64,000 nucleotides of DNA from Pirellulales bacterium. GTDB lineage: Bacteria; Planctomycetota; Planctomycetia; Pirellulales; PALSA-1355. Both the position numbers and the translations under genes were made by a program. The notes under the pieces were generated by a model, which had not been told where the DNA came from, made no database searches, and saw nothing but the letters and a program-made list of their open reading frames with translations. The DNA is taken from NCBI GenBank assembly GCA_963733035.1, contig CAVTBU010000007.1, positions 576,001 to 640,000 of the forward strand, in the 5' to 3' direction. This document shows, one piece after another, positions 60,761 through 64,000 of the stretch; position 1 is the stretch's first letter; each line of letters begins with the position of its first letter.

Positions 60761-61447
60761 CTACGATTTCGGGTCGTAACGGAACACGAAAAGCTGCTTG
60801 TAAAGGTAAGTGTCGGGACCTGTTGGCCACGACAGGCCTTGCAGCAGCGAGACGAGTTCCTCGTCGACGATCCCATCGACCGCGGCTTGCACTTCAGCAG
60901 CGGTACTGCAAGTGGCCATTATGTAGATCGAATGCAACGTAAAGCGGTGTGGTTGCTCCCATTTTGCGACCAACTGCTTAAGCCGCTCGAACAACGGCCG
61001 ATAGAACGTACCGCCCTGCATGAGCCCCGAGGGCACCGTTCCGCGAATGCCAATCCGCCCTGGAAAGACGTCCCAGCCGGCGAGAACTTGTGGCTTCTGT
61101 TGACCACGGCGTGTTTCGACCTCGGCACCCAGTGCCGAAAACAGCGGCCATACCGCCAGCGTGTGCCACTCGGAAATCGCGTCTCGCAACGCTTTCGCGG
61201 GATCGGGGCCGACGCCCAGAGCTCCGACGCGAAATCGGTCCCCACTGTCGCCATCGACGTGGATTTGAATGTCGAGCGGTGCGAGCATCTGGTCGCCCTG
61301 CTGCGCGCAGCCGTCGAAACTGATTGCTATTCCGATGCGGTGGGAGTCGACGACCAACTCTCCATCGTCGATGGAATAACTAACCCCCGCTTCATCGAGG
61401 TGATGCTTGAGCGTCGTGAAGGCTGCCTGGTACAGGTCGTCGATCAT
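60761..61447 (-). CDS. Hypothetical protein (DUF6348-like)
   Basis: Protein-like 228-aa ORF (GVG...ALRDA..W; W.V..G; L..L.WP......KQ.F); the family name is from recall. Confidence 0.6.
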   Translation of the reverse strand: MIDDLYQAAFTTLKHHLDEAGVSYSIDDGELVVDSHRIGIAISFDGCAQQGDQMLAPLDIQIHVDGDSGDRFRVGALGVGPDPAKALRDAISEWHTLAVWPLFSALGAEVETRRGQQKPQVLAGWDVFPGRIGIRGTVPSGLMQGGTFYRPLFERLKQLVAKWEQPHRFTLHSIYIMATCSTAAEVQAAVDGIVDEELVSLLQGLSWPTGPDTYLYKQLFVFRYDPKS

Positions 61448-61625
61448 CGGCTTGCCGTCGAGCGTGCGGAGAAAATTACAAACGGGACATGCTTCGCATC
61501 ATGTTATCCATTGACCGGCGGCCGGCAAAGCAAACGCGGCCAGACGATGCGCGCCGACGGATCTTTTTGCTATACTCAGCCGCTTCTCGACAAACGAGCG
61601 ACTTGCTTTTGGGAACTAATATGTC

Positions 61626-62513
61626 ATGCGCCAGCCAGTAATGCGGACCAACCTTGGCGACCTCCCCGTGCGACGTGGAAAAGTGCGCGACATCTACGAC
61701 TTTGGCGATCGGCTCCTGTTGGTCGCCAGCGATCGGATTAGCGCCTTTGATTGGGTTTTACCCACAGGTATACCAGACAAGGGGCGAGTGTTGACGCAAA
61801 TCAGTGCCTTCTGGTTCAATCGGCTAGACGAACCGAACCACTTAATCAGCACCGATATCGCCGCAGCAGATCTGCCACCCGAGATCGACACTTCCCCGCT
61901 AGCCGGCCGCAGCATGCTCGTGCGAAAGACCGAAGTCGTGCCGATCGAGTGCGTTGTTCGTGGCTACCTGTCTGGTTCGGGCTGGAAGGAATACCGCCAG
62001 TCGCAATGCGTGTGTGGCATTCGCTTGCCGGCGGGTTTCCAAGAGAGCGACCGGCTTCCGGAACCGATCTTCACTCCCGCTACCAAGGCAGAGAGCGGCC
62101 ACGATATCAACATCTCGTTCAACCAGATGGTCGATCTGGTGGGTCGGGAGGTGTCCGAAGAACTCCGTGACCGCAGTATGGGGGTGTATCAACGCGGGTC
62201 GGAACATGCTCGGTCAAATGGAATCATCATTGCCGATACAAAGTTTGAATGGGGTCGCGCTGGCAGTGAATTGATTCTGATCGACGAAGCGCTCACGCCG
62301 GACAGCTCGCGATTCTGGCCGGTCGACGAATATCAGCCCGGCGGCGTGCAACCATCATTTGACAAGCAATATGTGCGTGACTGGCTGGAGACGACCCCCT
62401 GGGATAAGAACAGCCCCCCGCCAGAATTGCCAGCCGACGTTGTGGCACGCACGCGCGACAAGTACATCGATGCCTATGAGCGGCTGACGGGAGAACCGTT
62501 TGCATGGAAGTAG
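61626..62513 (+). CDS. purC: SAICAR synthetase
   Basis: [48 protein letters not shown] and DKQYVRDW. Confidence 0.98.
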   Translation: MRQPVMRTNLGDLPVRRGKVRDIYDFGDRLLLVASDRISAFDWVLPTGIPDKGRVLTQISAFWFNRLDEPNHLISTDIAAADLPPEIDTSPLAGRSMLVRKTEVVPIECVVRGYLSGSGWKEYRQSQCVCGIRLPAGFQESDRLPEPIFTPATKAESGHDINISFNQMVDLVGREVSEELRDRSMGVYQRGSEHARSNGIIIADTKFEWGRAGSELILIDEALTPDSSRFWPVDEYQPGGVQPSFDKQYVRDWLETTPWDKNSPPPELPADVVARTRDKYIDAYERLTGEPFAWK

Positions 62514-62516
62514 CTG

Positions 62517-64000
62517 TCACGGCTTGACGATAGGTCGGACACCGCGAATCTTACCGGCCGGGCGAAAGCGATCCAAAGTGAGCGGTTCGCTGGTGTCGTA
62601 GGTGCCAATATTTCCAGCTTCATCGCGGACTTCAAGGCGGAGCAGAATGCGCGACGGTACCCGACTGTCGAGCTTCCATCGATAGCTGCCCGAGTTTTCC
62701 AGGCCCGAGGCGAAGGGCGTCCAAGGTCCATTGACGCTCTCGCTAAACAGCAGCGTGATTGGCCGAGTGGCAAGCAGATCGTCCGCGGCCTCCCAGGCGA
62801 CTAGCAGTTCAGTGCCATCTGGCGACACCTCGGTGTTCGTGATCTTACACGTTGGCTTTGTTTGATCGACGCCAACCCAAATATCCGGCAGATCGCCTTC
62901 GGCGGGCGGACGTCCGCCAAAACCGGCTCCGCTTTGCACCAAGATGCGAAATCCGTAGATGCCCTCACCGCCCACGGCTACTGGCATAGGGCTGCGATTG
63001 TCGGTGTCGACCGCAAAGTCACTCCACGTACGTCCGCCATCACGTGTGCCCCATAGCTCCACGCGGCCAACGCCCGAGGGGCCGACCGACTCGATGTCGT
63101 ATTCTAGCTCGAACGTGGGAGTGGCCATCATTCGAGGCCTGACCGCCGCGGGTAGGATCGAAAAGTCCAGCGGGGAGCCGGGGCGGCTCGAGTTGACGTC
63201 ACTTCCGGTGCTAACTTGCCGGGCTGGCGTCCGCGGCTGGGCACGGGCATCGGGCACGAATCCGGGCGGCGCGGCCGAGGGTGAATAGGCATTGCCTGGC
63301 AGATTGGAAGGTGCGTTGCCGCCATCACCGGCTAGGGGCGGATCGTAGGAGTTTCGATCTGGCGGCCAATGCGTCGACTGGTCGACCGGCGCCTCCGATT
63401 CGTTTGGACTCCAGCCTTCTGAATCGGCCGGCGTGATTTGCTGATTGGCGACATCAGGAGCCGCTCCCAGGCGAGGCCTTGTCGCATCGCTCGGTTTAAC
63501 GACGGCTTGCGTAACAGCCGGGTTCCCAGCCCGATCAGAGATTTCGGCTCGCACCAGGACTGGCCCGGTGGTGTCGTTGGCCCACCAGGTCGCCTCTCCC
63601 GAAAGCGTGTGCTTCATTGCGCTGGGGGGGGATTCAACGGCCACGCGTTCCCAGGGACCGCTGGAGGTGGCTTGATATTCCAGTTTGAAGCTGCCCGGCT
63701 TGAGGTTCGGATCGATTGCTTGCCAACGTGCCACGATTTCGCCGTCCGGCCCGCGGATCACCGACACATCGAGCCGCGGAGCCACGGTGTCGACGGTCAC
63801 CTGTAATTGCGGCTGCATCTGACCTGTAGGTCGCGATATTCCTTGGCCGTCGACCGTGCGAATACTAAACCAATACTCACCGTCATGTGGTGCCCGAAAT
63901 ACGAATGATCCTCGGTCCGGTTTCACGCGACTGGAAAGCACCCAATTTGCACCCAGGTCGGTCGAAACGTGCAATTGCGCTTCGACGGGTTGTTCAGCAG
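62517..64000 (-). CDS. Hypothetical multi-Ig-like-domain protein, 5'-partial
   Basis: The frame is open to the window edge. Duplicated units LHVSTD.G..W / LWGTRDGGRTW and VD...P lie around a Pro-rich linker. Confidence 0.7.
   Translation of the reverse strand, partial: AEQPVEAQLHVSTDLGANWVLSSRVKPDRGSFVFRAPHDGEYWFSIRTVDGQGISRPTGQMQPQLQVTVDTVAPRLDVSVIRGPDGEIVARWQAIDPNLKPGSFKLEYQATSSGPWERVAVESPPSAMKHTLSGEATWWANDTTGPVLVRAEISDRAGNPAVTQAVVKPSDATRPRLGAAPDVANQQITPADSEGWSPNESEAPVDQSTHWPPDRNSYDPPLAGDGGNAPSNLPGNAYSPSAAPPGFVPDARAQPRTPARQVSTGSDVNSSRPGSPLDFSILPAAVRPRMMATPTFELEYDIESVGPSGVGRVELWGTRDGGRTWSDFAVDTDNRSPMPVAVGGEGIYGFRILVQSGAGFGGRPPAEGDLPDIWVGVDQTKPTCKITNTEVSPDGTELLVAWEAADDLLATRPITLLFSESVNGPWTPFASGLENSGSYRWKLDSRVPSRILLRLEVRDEAGNIGTYDTSEPLTLDRFRPAGKIRGVRPIVKP

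Noticed and set aside
1..64000. CRISPR arrays, tRNA/rRNA genes, transposases, integrases
   Set aside because: None recognised by eye. A covariance-model scan would be needed to exclude small RNAs.

Overview
GC-rich bacterial chromosomal window, most likely from a planctomycete (Pirellulales-like). That call is inferred from gene content: PEP-CTERM proteins, FHA proteins, a TPR-ExbB-ExbD-prenyltransferase-repeat operon and a sulfatase. The core backbone is an AsmA-like gene (partial), dapF, DUF374, xseA-xseB-ispA-dxs, then nadK, sbtA, queF/queC/queE, trpD, a lipoate ligase, terC, htrA, a dksA-family gene and purC. About 15 kb of accessory-looking genes separate dxs from nadK: a probable polymorphic nuclease toxin with its immunity gene, R2lox, DUF1801, two PEP-CTERM proteins, a stand-alone Toprim-like protein, actP/DUF485 and fsr. 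About ten genes carry single indels, mostly in homopolymer or GC-repeat contexts, which looks like sequencing or assembly error. I found no rRNA, tRNA, CRISPR array, integrase or transposase. The best candidates for undescribed biology are: (1) an ExbB/ExbD motor operon whose TonB/TolA-like partner (SxxxH anchor plus long Pro-rich linker) ends in a prenyltransferase-like alpha/alpha barrel; (2) a PD-(D/E)xK-like toxin-immunity pair with no recognisable delivery domain; (3) an NtrC-like regulator lacking its AAA+ domain, facing sigma54-type promoters of sbtA; (4) an oxidoreductase-aminotransferase-deaminase cluster with a divergent TIM-barrel gene. All family assignments come from motif recognition by eye; no searches were run.
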